IMG/VR virus record: IMGVR_UViG_2563366838_000005
DNA from: a virus
Lineage: Duplodnaviria > Heunggongvirae > Uroviricota > Caudoviricetes
Length of the DNA: 48,520 nt
Reading direction: 5' to 3' (one strand)
The position numbers and the translations under genes were made by a program. This document shows, one piece after another, positions 10,153 through 20,495 of the stretch (position 1 is the stretch's first letter; the number at the start of each line of letters is the position of its first letter). Below the pieces are notes generated by a model. That model was not told the origin of the DNA and searched no databases. It worked only from the letters and a program-made list of their open reading frames with translations.

Positions 10153-10634
10153 TTAATCTTTTGATAGATGCAATAAAAAATCGGTTGGAACATGAGGTTT
10201 TCCATGATTTATTAGTGCAGGGGCCTCCTTATGATGAAACAGACAGCGATATTAAATTGTTTGTTCCAACAATATTTAAAGGGTACTTGCCTCCTAAATC
10301 ACAACCATCTCCAGATAAACCGCCAGAATTTCCTCATGTGATTATCAGGCCCACGGAAGGAGGAATGCAGCCTGAAACGGATGAAGTTAAGGTTAAGTTT
10401 CTTCTAGGTGGTTTTTGTGAGGACCATACTGGATATGAATGGGTAATGGCTCTTCTTGAAAGGATGATGTTTCATTTTCAGGAGAAGCCTTTACTTGAAG
10501 AGAAATTTCTCTTTCAGGGTGATATCAGATGGCGAATGTTTGATGATCAACCATATCCATATTGGATAACGGAAGCAACTGGAACGTGGCTAGTATTAAA
10601 GCCTCAGAATATTCAGTCTCAGGAGTTTATCTAA
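10149..10634 (+). CDS. Putative tail completion / neck protein
   Basis: Position; translationally coupled. Confidence 0.4.
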   Translation: MINLLIDAIKNRLEHEVFHDLLVQGPPYDETDSDIKLFVPTIFKGYLPPKSQPSPDKPPEFPHVIIRPTEGGMQPETDEVKVKFLLGGFCEDHTGYEWVMALLERMMFHFQEKPLLEEKFLFQGDIRWRMFDDQPYPYWITEATGTWLVLKPQNIQSQEFI

Positions 10635-10925
10635 ATGGCTAATAAGAAAAGTAGTAAAGAAGATATAGAAAAGAAGGAAGATGTTGCTCAAACATTTGTA
10701 TATATAGGACCAACAATCCCTCAACTCTCAATTTTGAAGCATAAACTATTTAAGAATGGTTTATCTCCAGAGTGTAAAAAATTAATATCACATATTCCTG
10801 GTGCAAAGTGTTTGTTTGTGGCAACCAGTGATTTTGCAGATGCAGAAAAAAGACTTTCTGATAAAACCAGTGTCGAGTATGTAATGTACTCTAGAGTTTC
10901 TTCTTCTATCATGGAGATTAAATAA
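10635..10925 (+). CDS. Hypothetical protein upstream of tail sheath
   Basis: 96 aa ORF in operon context. Confidence 0.4.
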   Translation: MANKKSSKEDIEKKEDVAQTFVYIGPTIPQLSILKHKLFKNGLSPECKKLISHIPGAKCLFVATSDFADAEKRLSDKTSVEYVMYSRVSSSIMEIK

Positions 10926-12388
10926 TGGGATATCGCCACGGTATTTATATATCTGAGCTGGCTACATCTATAACTCCTCCAGTACAAGTTAGTGCTGGGT
11001 TGATTGTCGCATTTGGTACAGCTCCTGTTAATCAGTTAGAAGATCCAGCCTCAGCGGTAAATAAACCTATCATTGCTTATACATACGCAGAGGCCGTATC
11101 TAAAATAGGATATAGCACAAACTTCGAGAAATATACTTTAAGCGAAGTAATTAAAGTCGCATTTGGAATATATGGTGTTGCGCCAGTTGTATTTATTAAT
11201 GTGCTTGATCCAGCAAAGCATAAGAAAGACGTACCTGATGAGGTAGTAAAACTTTCTGGCGGGAAAGGTACGCTCTCTAACGATGGTGTCTTATATAAAT
11301 CTGTTGTTGTGAAAAAAGCAGATGGTGATTCGGCAGGATTAACGGTTGACACCGATTATGTGCTGGCGCTGGATGATAATGGCTATACGGTCATTACCGC
11401 TATTAGCGGAGGAAAAATTACCGAAAAAGACGCTACTCTTAAGGTTAGTTATACGCATCTTGATCCCGGTGCCGTAACTAAAAATGACATTATCGGTGGT
11501 GTGGATTCCAACACTAAAGCCAATACAGGGCTTGAGTTACTGTCTGATGTGTATCCCCGCTTCAAGTTGGTTCCTGGACAAGTGATTGCGCCTGGATTTA
11601 GTTCTGATAGTGAAGTTGGCCAGCTAATGGCGGCTAAAGCTGCGCTGATTAGTGAATTGTTCAAAGCAGAAGCTATCACCGATGCGCCGACTGATAAATC
11701 TACTATCAGTGATTATTCTGCTGTTCCTGAATGGAAGCAGAACAATAATCATATGGCAGCTAACCAGACAGTGTGCTGGCCGATGGTGAAACTTGGTGAC
11801 AATATTTACCATCACTCAACCCATTTAGCTGCAGCAACATGCTTGCTGGATAGTCAGTATGGTGATATTCCATCACGTTCTCCGTCAAATATAAAACTAC
11901 AGATGGACGGTGCTGTACGTAAAGATGGCAGTGAGGTATGGCTTAACATTAGCCAGGCAAACTACTTAAATGGACAGGGGATTGTAACAAGCCTTAATTT
12001 TGATGGTTGGAAATCATGGGGAAACCGTAATGCTATTTATCCAACATCTACAGACCCCAAAGACGCATTTCGTGTTTGCCGACGTATGTTTAACTGGGTG
12101 GGTAATACGTTAATTCTTTCGCATTGGTCAAAAATAGACAATCCTGCAAACCGTCGATTAATTGAATCGATTGTTACTAGTGCGAATATTTGGCTTAACG
12201 GCCTCACTGGTAATCAGGATATTGCAGGTGGTGTTGTTACCTTTGATCAGTCTGAAAACACGATTACGTCATTGATGGACGGGATTGTTAAATTCCATGT
12301 AAAAATGACACCATTCTCACCTGCCAGAGATATAGAGTTCGTCATGGAATATAATCCTGATTATCTGCTGAACTTGTTTTCTGAATAA
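10925..12388 (+). CDS. Contractile tail sheath protein
   Basis: 487 aa; followed by tube, chaperone and tape measure genes as in P2/Mu-type tails. Confidence 0.8.
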   Translation: MGYRHGIYISELATSITPPVQVSAGLIVAFGTAPVNQLEDPASAVNKPIIAYTYAEAVSKIGYSTNFEKYTLSEVIKVAFGIYGVAPVVFINVLDPAKHKKDVPDEVVKLSGGKGTLSNDGVLYKSVVVKKADGDSAGLTVDTDYVLALDDNGYTVITAISGGKITEKDATLKVSYTHLDPGAVTKNDIIGGVDSNTKANTGLELLSDVYPRFKLVPGQVIAPGFSSDSEVGQLMAAKAALISELFKAEAITDAPTDKSTISDYSAVPEWKQNNNHMAANQTVCWPMVKLGDNIYHHSTHLAAATCLLDSQYGDIPSRSPSNIKLQMDGAVRKDGSEVWLNISQANYLNGQGIVTSLNFDGWKSWGNRNAIYPTSTDPKDAFRVCRRMFNWVGNTLILSHWSKIDNPANRRLIESIVTSANIWLNGLTGNQDIAGGVVTFDQSENTITSLMDGIVKFHVKMTPFSPARDIEFVMEYNPDYLLNLFSE

Positions 12389-12404
12389 ATAATAGGAGGT
12401 TGCT

Positions 12405-12926
12405 TTGAGCAATCAAATTCCTGAGAGACTTATTAACTTTACAGTATACGGTGAAGGAAACCGTATTATCGGTGTTGCTGACGCAAAGCTGCCATCAATT
12501 GAGATGATGACAGAAACTGTTAGTGGTGCAGGTATCGCTGGAGAGCTTGAGAGCGGAACGCTGGGGCATTTCAAACCAATGACTGTCTCTCTTAAATGGC
12601 GAACTCTGACCTCTGCTGGTACAAAATTATTTCTATCCTCATCGCATCAGGTAGATTTTCGCGGTAGCCAGCAGGTTTATGATGCAGGAACAGGAAAATA
12701 TAAAACGGTTCCTATTCGGGCTTCAATGAAGCTAAACCCTAAAAAACTGGATTTAGGTTCGCTACAGGTGGCAAAGGCTACTGATTCAGAGAATGAATTT
12801 GAAGTTCTCTATATCAAATTATTTATTGATGGAAAAGAAGTCCTGGAAATTGATAAGTTGAACTTTATTTGTATCTTTGATGGTGAAGATATATTAAAAA
12901 GCGTTCGTGATGATTTAGGTTTATAA
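12405..12926 (+). CDS. Tail tube protein
   Basis: 173 aa directly after sheath gene. Confidence 0.7.
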   Translation: MSNQIPERLINFTVYGEGNRIIGVADAKLPSIEMMTETVSGAGIAGELESGTLGHFKPMTVSLKWRTLTSAGTKLFLSSSHQVDFRGSQQVYDAGTGKYKTVPIRASMKLNPKKLDLGSLQVAKATDSENEFEVLYIKLFIDGKEVLEIDKLNFICIFDGEDILKSVRDDLGL

Positions 12927-12935
12927 GGTGACAAA

Positions 12936-13217
12936 ATGGAAACCGTTAAATTAAGTAAAGAATATCGTTTTGAAGACTTTGAGCCGGTGACTGAACTCAA
13001 CCTTGATTTAGACAACCTAAAAGGCAGTGATATTTTAGAGGTATCGGACTTACTGCAATCTCAAGGGCATGTTTCAGTTCAAACATCACTTGATAATAAA
13101 GTCCATGCAGCCTTGGCTGCTCGCTGTATTGGTCGTCCAATAGAGTATCTGAATGGATTACCAGCGAAAGACTTTGTTAAAGTTTGTCAAAAGGTACAGA
13201 ATTTTTTGCTCTCGTAG
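12936..13217 (+). CDS. Tail assembly chaperone (short form)
   Basis: Small ORF between tube and tape measure; contains slippery T TTT TTG at 13202-13208. Confidence 0.6.
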   Translation: METVKLSKEYRFEDFEPVTELNLDLDNLKGSDILEVSDLLQSQGHVSVQTSLDNKVHAALAARCIGRPIEYLNGLPAKDFVKVCQKVQNFLLS

Positions 13218-13366
13218 GTTTTGATGAGCAAAAACCTATTGATAAGCAAATAATGAGGGCCGCGAGTTCTCTATCTCAATCATCTCAATCAACACCTATA
13301 TCCTACTGGCTTTCTCTTCGGTTGAGGCGAATCGTCGCATGGATTGACGTGTTTAATGAGGATTAA
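13184..13366 (+). CDS. Tail assembly chaperone -1 frameshift extension (likely expressed only as a fusion with 12936..13217)
   Basis: ORF in the -1 frame overlapping the 3' end of the chaperone gene and ending 6 nt before the tape measure start. Confidence 0.5.
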   Translation: MSKGTEFFALVGFDEQKPIDKQIMRAASSLSQSSQSTPISYWLSLRLRRIVAWIDVFNED

Positions 13367-13371
13367 TACTA

Positions 13372-16164
13372 ATGGCCAGCAATAAGAACTTTAAGCTGGC
13401 TTTTGAAATTGGCGGCAAAGTTGCCGCCTCTCTCCCCAAAAGTTTTACTACAGCTAATCAGGCTGTTGCTAAATTAAATGCAGAGCTTGCTGGGTTAACG
13501 AAAGAACATGGGGAAATTCAAAAGCTACAATCTGTAAAAGTAAAGGTTGGACAGACTGCCCTCGAATATCATAAAGCTGCCGCTCGCGTTGAAGAGTTAC
13601 AGAAGCAAATAAAAAACACGGCCAATCCAACCAGAGCGATGCTTCGTGACTTTGAGAAGGCAAAAACACATTCATCAAATTTACGAGCATCACTACGTTC
13701 TCAGCGTGAAGAACTGGCCGCTTTAAAGTCTGCCTATCAGGGAGCTGATACATCTGCCAGAGCTTTGGCCTCAAGAGAGAAAGAGCTTAAAGCCAGCATT
13801 GATCGTAATCGTGAGGCTCAGGCCCGTAGCGTTGAGCAGGTTAACCGCTACAGAACGGCTTTGGCTTTAGCCAGAGCAAATGTTCAGCAAGTGAAAAAAC
13901 AGCAGGAGGAACTTAACCGGGCATTAGAAAAACAACGTATTGATAAAATTAACAGCTATAAAAATGCGTTGGCTGAAGCACGGAAAAATGTTCTTGCAGT
14001 AAAACGTGCTCAGGAGGAGTTAAACCGCGCGTTGGAAAGGCAGCGTGAATTGAAGCGAGAGCATCTTGGTGAGGCAAAGAGTCAACTTGTAAGGTCAGGA
14101 TTACAAACTGGTGCTGTAGCGGCTGGTGCATTTGCTGCTGCTAACAATGCAGCAAATTTCAATCGTGAAAACAAAATGATTGGTCTTACGGCAGATATGA
14201 AGCCGGAAGAAGTTCAGGCGATGGGGCAGGCGATGCTTGTTACCGGAACGGCTACCAACCAGTTTGCATCTGATATTCAGGCCGCTCAGGGTTTTCTCGT
14301 CGCTGCTGGGCAGGATTATAAAGAGGCTCAGGCGAATCTACTAACTATTGGGCGAACAGCTACAGCTACTGGCTCTGATATCCTCGATGTCTCGAAAGCA
14401 TCATTTACATTAAGTGACTCATTGAAGATTGATCCATCTCAAATGAAGTCTGCAATGGGGATTCTGGTTCAGGCAGGGAAAGAGGGGAACTTTGAATTTA
14501 AAGATATGGCCAAAAATCTTCCTGTGCTTGGTGCTCAGTTCCAGGCATTAAAAATGGGAGGTAAAGAAGCAGCCGCGACGATGGGTGCAGCTTTGCAGAT
14601 AGCTCGCAAGGGGGCTGCAACTTCGGATGAGGCTGCTAATAATATGAACAACTTTTTGGCAAAAATACTTTCCCCTGAAACACTAAAAAAAGCAAAGAAA
14701 AATTTCGGTGTAGATTTATATAAAATTGTTACAACAGCGCAGAAAAAAGGGAAGAATCCATTCGAAGCTGCAATGCATTCTGTCATGAAAATGACTAAGA
14801 ACGGAGATCAGAAGTTACTTGGTGAACTATTTGGCGATATGCAGGTTCAGAACTTTGTTCGTCCGATGATTCAAAACTGGAAGGAATACCAGAGAATCAA
14901 AGCAACATCTCTTGGAGCTGGAAGTGCTGTTATTGACCGCGATTTTGCCAACATAACGAAAGATAATGCGGAGCGATTGAAACAATTACGTATTCAGGCT
15001 AGCAATGCATCATTAAGTTTTGGTCAGGCCTTGCAACCTGCTTTGAATGCCGCGCTTAGTGTTTTGGTTCCGCTGATTACAAAAATTAGTGAATTTGTAG
15101 CTAACAACCCCAATTTTGTGTCTCAGATAGTGATGGCGGCAGGTGCGTTTCTAACCATGAAAAGTGTGGTTATAGCGTGTAGGGTAGCTATGCTGGCTTT
15201 ATCTGTAGCGACAAAGCTAACACCCTTCGGGTGGATTCAGATGGCTATATCTGCGCTGGTTGCCGCAGGAATATTGCTCTATCAGAATTGGGATAAGATC
15301 AGAGATTATGCTGTCAGAGTTTGGCCTTCTGTTAAGGAATATACAGTTAAATCATTTGAGGCTATAAAAAACTTTATCTTAAACTTTGACCTCAATGGAT
15401 GGATTATATCTATGTTTGGTAAAGCATGGGATTATCTTTCCAACATAAACTGGAGTTCGGCAGGAGTAAGAATTTACAGTACATTAATTAGTGCTTTTAA
15501 ATGGATGTCTCCGCTTCCGTTCTTAATTAAAGCATTTAAAATTACAACAAATTACCTTTCTGGCATTAACTGGAGCGAAACAGGAAAGAAAATCATAGAT
15601 ACACTGGTATCTGTTTTTATGCGTTTTTCACCAGTTGGACTCTTTATAAGAGCATTCCAATCTGTAACGACTTATTTATCTGGAATAAACTGGAGTGAGT
15701 CAGGCGCAAAAATAATTGAGACGTTAATCACTGGGATAAAATCAAAAGCAAATGCTTTAATTAATGAAGTGAAAGGCGTTTTTTCTTCTGTACGTGAGTA
15801 TTTACCGTTCTCTGACGCGAAAAAAGGTCCATTCTCACAGCTAACAAAGTCAGGTGGTGCAATAATGACTACTCTGGCATCAGGTGTTAGCAGGAATAAC
15901 AGCTTACAGAATGCAATAGCAAGCAAGTTCGGGCAATCAAATTTATCACCTCACGGGATATCTGCCGCTGGGACTTCTGGACCTCGCCAGAACGTTAACG
16001 CTGTGGCTGGTGGAATAACCTATTCACCTGTAATCAATCTTCCGGCTGGTTCACCAAAGGAAACTGAGGCGGCAGCTAAAAGAGCATTAGATGCGGGATA
16101 TTCTGATTTTGAGAAGAAATTGAGTGCTCATATGTTCCAACAACGGAGATTAAGTTTTGGATGA
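13372..16164 (+). CDS. Tail tape measure protein
   Basis: 930 aa; long coiled-coil N-terminal region, hydrophobic central segments, repeated LSGINWSE-type motifs. Confidence 0.85.
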   Translation: MASNKNFKLAFEIGGKVAASLPKSFTTANQAVAKLNAELAGLTKEHGEIQKLQSVKVKVGQTALEYHKAAARVEELQKQIKNTANPTRAMLRDFEKAKTHSSNLRASLRSQREELAALKSAYQGADTSARALASREKELKASIDRNREAQARSVEQVNRYRTALALARANVQQVKKQQEELNRALEKQRIDKINSYKNALAEARKNVLAVKRAQEELNRALERQRELKREHLGEAKSQLVRSGLQTGAVAAGAFAAANNAANFNRENKMIGLTADMKPEEVQAMGQAMLVTGTATNQFASDIQAAQGFLVAAGQDYKEAQANLLTIGRTATATGSDILDVSKASFTLSDSLKIDPSQMKSAMGILVQAGKEGNFEFKDMAKNLPVLGAQFQALKMGGKEAAATMGAALQIARKGAATSDEAANNMNNFLAKILSPETLKKAKKNFGVDLYKIVTTAQKKGKNPFEAAMHSVMKMTKNGDQKLLGELFGDMQVQNFVRPMIQNWKEYQRIKATSLGAGSAVIDRDFANITKDNAERLKQLRIQASNASLSFGQALQPALNAALSVLVPLITKISEFVANNPNFVSQIVMAAGAFLTMKSVVIACRVAMLALSVATKLTPFGWIQMAISALVAAGILLYQNWDKIRDYAVRVWPSVKEYTVKSFEAIKNFILNFDLNGWIISMFGKAWDYLSNINWSSAGVRIYSTLISAFKWMSPLPFLIKAFKITTNYLSGINWSETGKKIIDTLVSVFMRFSPVGLFIRAFQSVTTYLSGINWSESGAKIIETLITGIKSKANALINEVKGVFSSVREYLPFSDAKKGPFSQLTKSGGAIMTTLASGVSRNNSLQNAIASKFGQSNLSPHGISAAGTSGPRQNVNAVAGGITYSPVINLPAGSPKETEAAAKRALDAGYSDFEKKLSAHMFQQRRLSFG

Positions 16165-16375
16165 TTATAGAACGGTTCAAGGGGACTCATGGGATAGTAT
16201 CGCTTTAAAGTTGTATGGTAATGAGTACCTGTCTTATCTTCTTATTGATGCTAATACTGAGCACCGCTTTACGGTGCTTTTTTCTGCGGGAATTATTCTT
16301 AAAGTTCCTGATGCTCCGGTTATGCCAATATCAGTAAACAATTTTCCTCCGTGGAGACGCAATAGTGTTACGTAA
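16157..16375 (+). CDS. Tail protein X-like (LysM-like)
   Basis: 72 aa with DSWDSIALKLYG motif characteristic of P2 gpX-like LysM proteins. Confidence 0.6.
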   Translation: MDDYRTVQGDSWDSIALKLYGNEYLSYLLIDANTEHRFTVLFSAGIILKVPDAPVMPISVNNFPPWRRNSVT

Positions 16376-17366
16376 AACGCTTTTTGATGTTATATATCAG
16401 AATGTAAATATTACCGCTCATATGTCACCTGATGTTTTGTCAATGTCTTATACAGATAATGAAGATGGTCAGGTCGATGATATTTCTATTATATTAAAAA
16501 ATGATGATGGGAAATGGTCTGGAGACTGGACACCTAAAAAGGGTGATTTTATTGATTTGAGCTTTAAGCCTATAAATCAAATCGTCCTTGAGTGCGGGAA
16601 ATTCCAGGTAGATGGCATAACTTGCTCTGGACCACCTTCTGCGGTTGAGGTAACTGCTGTTTCTGTTCCTGTTTCATCAGGCATTAGACGTGATTTAAAA
16701 AGTAATGCATGGGAAAAAACAACTCTTAAAGATATAGCAACTTCTATAGCTAAATTAGCTAACCTTGAACTGTTGTTTCTTATTGATGGTGATAGTAATC
16801 CATATTATGCGCGTGAAGATCAAATGGAGGAAAGCGATTTAAAATTTCTCCATCGACTTTGCCAGGATGAAGGGTTGTCGTTAAAGGTCACTGATAGCCA
16901 ATTAATAATATTTGCTCAAGAGATGTTTGAGCAAAAAGATCCTATCGCTACGCTTACGTTAGGTATTGATGAGATAATCAGATATAGCTTTAGCACACAA
17001 TCTACAGATTTGTATAAAAGTTGCACGTGCAAATATCGCGTACCTAAAAAAAGAAAGTCGCTTTCGTATACTTGGGTAGATCCATCCGTAGAAGAAGGGT
17101 CGAATCTTAAGATAAGAAAACTGGTAGCTAATTTAGATGAAGCAAAACGTAAGGCAAAGGCTGCTTTGCGGCTTAAAAATAGATATCAAAATACCGGATC
17201 TTTAGTATTGGTTGGAGACACCAGATTGGTAGCTGGTGTAACTATAAATCTGGAGGGATTCGGTTCATTTTCTGGAAAATATCTTATATCGAAAGCTGTG
17301 CATTCAATTGGGACTAGTGGTTATACCACCTCGATTGATGTCCGAAGAGTAATTAATGGGTATTAA
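16365..17366 (+). CDS. Baseplate hub / late control protein D-like
   Basis: 333 aa; C-terminal FGSFSGKYLISKAVHS motif typical of the gpD family. Confidence 0.7.
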   Translation: MLRKTLFDVIYQNVNITAHMSPDVLSMSYTDNEDGQVDDISIILKNDDGKWSGDWTPKKGDFIDLSFKPINQIVLECGKFQVDGITCSGPPSAVEVTAVSVPVSSGIRRDLKSNAWEKTTLKDIATSIAKLANLELLFLIDGDSNPYYAREDQMEESDLKFLHRLCQDEGLSLKVTDSQLIIFAQEMFEQKDPIATLTLGIDEIIRYSFSTQSTDLYKSCTCKYRVPKKRKSLSYTWVDPSVEEGSNLKIRKLVANLDEAKRKAKAALRLKNRYQNTGSLVLVGDTRLVAGVTINLEGFGSFSGKYLISKAVHSIGTSGYTTSIDVRRVINGY

Positions 17367-17368
17367 TT

Positions 17369-17989
17369 ATGAATGATTTAGAAACATTATTACGTCAGAC
17401 TATAAGAGTTGGCGTTGTTTCTGATATTGATGATGGTGATGTTACAGCAAGAGTTACTTTCGATGATCAGGATAACGTCACTTCGGCAAAGTTATCAGTT
17501 ATTGTGAAAAATACAGATAAGAATGCTGATTACTGGATGCCAGATATTGGTGAGCAAGTTTTGTGTATCTTTCATCCCGCGGGGCCGCAACAAGGTTTTA
17601 TTCTTGGTAGTTTTTATGATGAAACACAGAAGCCGCCATCTAATACTGTTAATAAACGCGTCATTAGATTTAATAACGGAACTCGTATTGAGATAGACAG
17701 AGAATCTAATTTACTCCTTGTTGATGCTGTCGGAGATGTAACCATTAAGGCTACAGGAACCGTAACTATTGATGCTCCAGAAACCATCATTACCGGAAAT
17801 GCTACAGTTGAAGGATTACTAACCTTCAAAGGTGGAATGAAAGGATCTTCTGCTGGAGGTGTTGCAGCTACAATTTCTGGGAATGTTAAGGTTGTTGGTG
17901 GTGATATAGATGTTGATGGGATTAAATCTAAAGGCCACCATCACACAGCTCAGGGGGAATACGCTCCGACAACGGAGGCTCAGGCATGA
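17369..17989 (+). CDS. Baseplate spike protein, gpV-like
   Basis: 206 aa after D-like gene; C-terminal HHHTAQGEY segment. Confidence 0.65.
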   Translation: MNDLETLLRQTIRVGVVSDIDDGDVTARVTFDDQDNVTSAKLSVIVKNTDKNADYWMPDIGEQVLCIFHPAGPQQGFILGSFYDETQKPPSNTVNKRVIRFNNGTRIEIDRESNLLLVDAVGDVTIKATGTVTIDAPETIITGNATVEGLLTFKGGMKGSSAGGVAATISGNVKVVGGDIDVDGIKSKGHHHTAQGEYAPTTEAQA

Positions 17990-18453
17990 TTGTGGGTATG
18001 CTTGGTACAATGCCTTTTGTTGCCTCATCAATAGTGGTGAATACGTTCAACAATTTTAAAAGGACGTCAAAGCGTCGTGTAGCGCGCCATGATGTTATTG
18101 GGCTTAAACCTGTTCTGGAGGATATAGGTCCAGATCTGGATGAAGTTAGTTTTAATATGCGGTTGGATACAACACTTGGCATTGTTCCATTGGCTGCGCT
18201 TTCATTACTTAGGACAATGCAATCAATTCAGGAAGTAAATCCTGTTGTAATTGGTATTCAGTATTTTGGTAATTTTATAATTACAGATATAGAGGAATCA
18301 TGGACTTATTTCGGTCCAACTGGGAATCCACGAGTGATTATCGTCGGCATTAAATTACAGGAAGTCGGACAGACCTCTCTGAAAGAAGCATTAGTTGATA
18401 TTGCTGGCAATATAGAGTCAAAAACTAGAAGTGCGTTAGGTAAATTATTATGA
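17986..18453 (+). CDS. Baseplate/tail protein, unassigned (possibly gpU-like)
   Basis: 155 aa ORF inside baseplate cluster. Confidence 0.45.
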   Translation: MIVGMLGTMPFVASSIVVNTFNNFKRTSKRRVARHDVIGLKPVLEDIGPDLDEVSFNMRLDTTLGIVPLAALSLLRTMQSIQEVNPVVIGIQYFGNFIITDIEESWTYFGPTGNPRVIIVGIKLQEVGQTSLKEALVDIAGNIESKTRSALGKLL

Positions 18454-18770
18454 ATAATACGTTTACCATATCATCACCTTCTTACTCGATTGATTGGTCG
18501 CCCAAAACAGTTGTAGAAGAAGTTTTGCAAAATGTCTCTACTATTATTAATACTCAAATTGGCACTGTACCATATGCCAGAAAATTAGGAATTAATTCAA
18601 GTCTTGTTGATAGCTCTAGTCCAATTTTTATTGCTACAGCAACACGAGAAATAATTCAAAAAATTAGTGAGTTTGAGCCTAGAGCGATTATCCATTCTGT
18701 TACTTTTGAAAGAACGGACGTTTCTGATGGTTTTATTAGGCCAAAACTTGTGATAGGAGTTAGAGAATGA
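18450..18770 (+). CDS. Baseplate wedge protein, gpW/gp25-like
   Basis: 106 aa, size and position upstream of J-like gene. Confidence 0.65.
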   Translation: MNNTFTISSPSYSIDWSPKTVVEEVLQNVSTIINTQIGTVPYARKLGINSSLVDSSSPIFIATATREIIQKISEFEPRAIIHSVTFERTDVSDGFIRPKLVIGVRE

Positions 18771-19891
18771 CGTTGCCGCGTGGTGGTTTGCCAGATATTA
18801 CTTTCGCAGATTCTAACCCGACTGATATAACAACTCGTTCAATCAGGGCTTTTGAGAGTATAACAGGTGAAACATTAGCACCTGCTGATCCACGTAGATT
18901 ATTCATCTTATCATTGTGTGAGATTATTATACAGCAAAGAAAAGCTATCGATTTTTCTGCAAAACAAAACCTTCTTACATATGGTGAAGGTGAATATCTC
19001 GACCATATAGGCTATCTGACGGATACGCCTAGGCTGGAAGCTCAATCTGCCTTGACTACATTTGAGTTTAATCTGTCAACAAAATTATCGGGGATATATA
19101 CAATACCTGCTGGCACTCAAGTTTCAACTGGAAATGGTGTTATTTTCCAAACAGATATTTTGTTGGAAATACCTGCTGGGAAAACAGTTGGTACAGTCTC
19201 AGGATATGCTGTTATACCTGGTTTATCTGGGAATGGCTTTTTACCAGGGCAAATAAATGAGTTGGTGACTCCGTTGCCGTATGTTTCCAGAGTAAGGAAT
19301 GTAACAACATCTAATTCTGGTGCTGATACGGAGTCAGATGATAATTATGCTGAAAGAATAAAACTGTCGCCGGAAAAATTGTCTACAGCAGGGCCGGAGG
19401 ATTCTTATAAATATTGGACAAGAACAGCCAATCAGAATATAAAAGATGTGAATGTATATACACCATCGCCCGGAATTGTAGAAATCCGTTCTTTGTTAGA
19501 GAACGGAGATATACCTTCTGATGAACTATTAGAGCAGATAAATAGCGTTCTCTCTGCAACTAATATTCGACCATTCACAGATAAAGTTCTTGTTAAGAAA
19601 CCAGAGAGCATTGAATACGATATAATAATTAAATACTGGATTAACTCATCGGACAAAAACAGAACAACTTTAATTCAAAGTGAGGTTGAGAAAGCTATTG
19701 ATGAGTATAAACAATGGCAACGTTCGGTTATGGGAAGAGATATAAATCCAGATGAAATTATTCAACGTTTAAAAAATGCTGGGGCTAAAAGATTAGAAAT
19801 ATCAAGTCCTGTTTTTAATGTGGTTGGAGAGACACAGGTCGCCAGAGAGAGAAATATAAATTGCCAGTATGCGGGGTTAGAGGATGGCTGA
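18767..19891 (+). CDS. Baseplate protein, gpJ-like
   Basis: 374 aa following W-like gene. Confidence 0.7.
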   Translation: MTLPRGGLPDITFADSNPTDITTRSIRAFESITGETLAPADPRRLFILSLCEIIIQQRKAIDFSAKQNLLTYGEGEYLDHIGYLTDTPRLEAQSALTTFEFNLSTKLSGIYTIPAGTQVSTGNGVIFQTDILLEIPAGKTVGTVSGYAVIPGLSGNGFLPGQINELVTPLPYVSRVRNVTTSNSGADTESDDNYAERIKLSPEKLSTAGPEDSYKYWTRTANQNIKDVNVYTPSPGIVEIRSLLENGDIPSDELLEQINSVLSATNIRPFTDKVLVKKPESIEYDIIIKYWINSSDKNRTTLIQSEVEKAIDEYKQWQRSVMGRDINPDEIIQRLKNAGAKRLEISSPVFNVVGETQVARERNINCQYAGLEDG

Positions 19892-20465
19892 TATCTTTAA
19901 TGTTAGCTTGTTGGATGTTTTACCTCCTAACTTAGCTAGCGATCCCAACGTGATAGCTATGTCGAAAGCTATTGATGATGAACTACAAGCAATTAACAAT
20001 TTAATATATAAGACAGAAATATATAGCGTTGTTGATAACCTGGACTCAGTTGTTCTCGATCATTTAGCTTGGCAATGGAATGCTGATACATGGAGGGATA
20101 GTTGGCCTGTATCGTTAAAGCGTTCTGTTTTTAAATCAATAATACGAACAAAGCGAATAAAGGGTACAAGGGCAGCGGTTGAAGATGTAGTAAATAGCTT
20201 GGGTGGAGAGGTAAACATAACAGAATGGTTTGAAACATCACCACCTGGCGAACCATATACAGCCTCAATTGTTGCTTCGATTAACTCTTTTGATGGTGCT
20301 GTTCCTTCGAAAGAGATGTTGGAGGATACGTTAAGAAGTATCAAGAGTGCAAAGTCGGCAAGAACACTATTTACATTTTCGCAAGCAACCAATGTTTCAG
20401 GTGGTGTTGGTATTGTCGGTGCTTTCCAGCCTGTGTCTTATGTACGATTAATTGGTGAGTGCTAA
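19884..20465 (+). CDS. Baseplate/tail protein, gpI-like
   Basis: 193 aa between J-like and tail fibre genes. Confidence 0.6.
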   Translation: MADIFNVSLLDVLPPNLASDPNVIAMSKAIDDELQAINNLIYKTEIYSVVDNLDSVVLDHLAWQWNADTWRDSWPVSLKRSVFKSIIRTKRIKGTRAAVEDVVNSLGGEVNITEWFETSPPGEPYTASIVASINSFDGAVPSKEMLEDTLRSIKSAKSARTLFTFSQATNVSGGVGIVGAFQPVSYVRLIGEC

Positions 20466-20495
20466 TTTGCGATTTGTTAATCCAAGGAATTAAGC

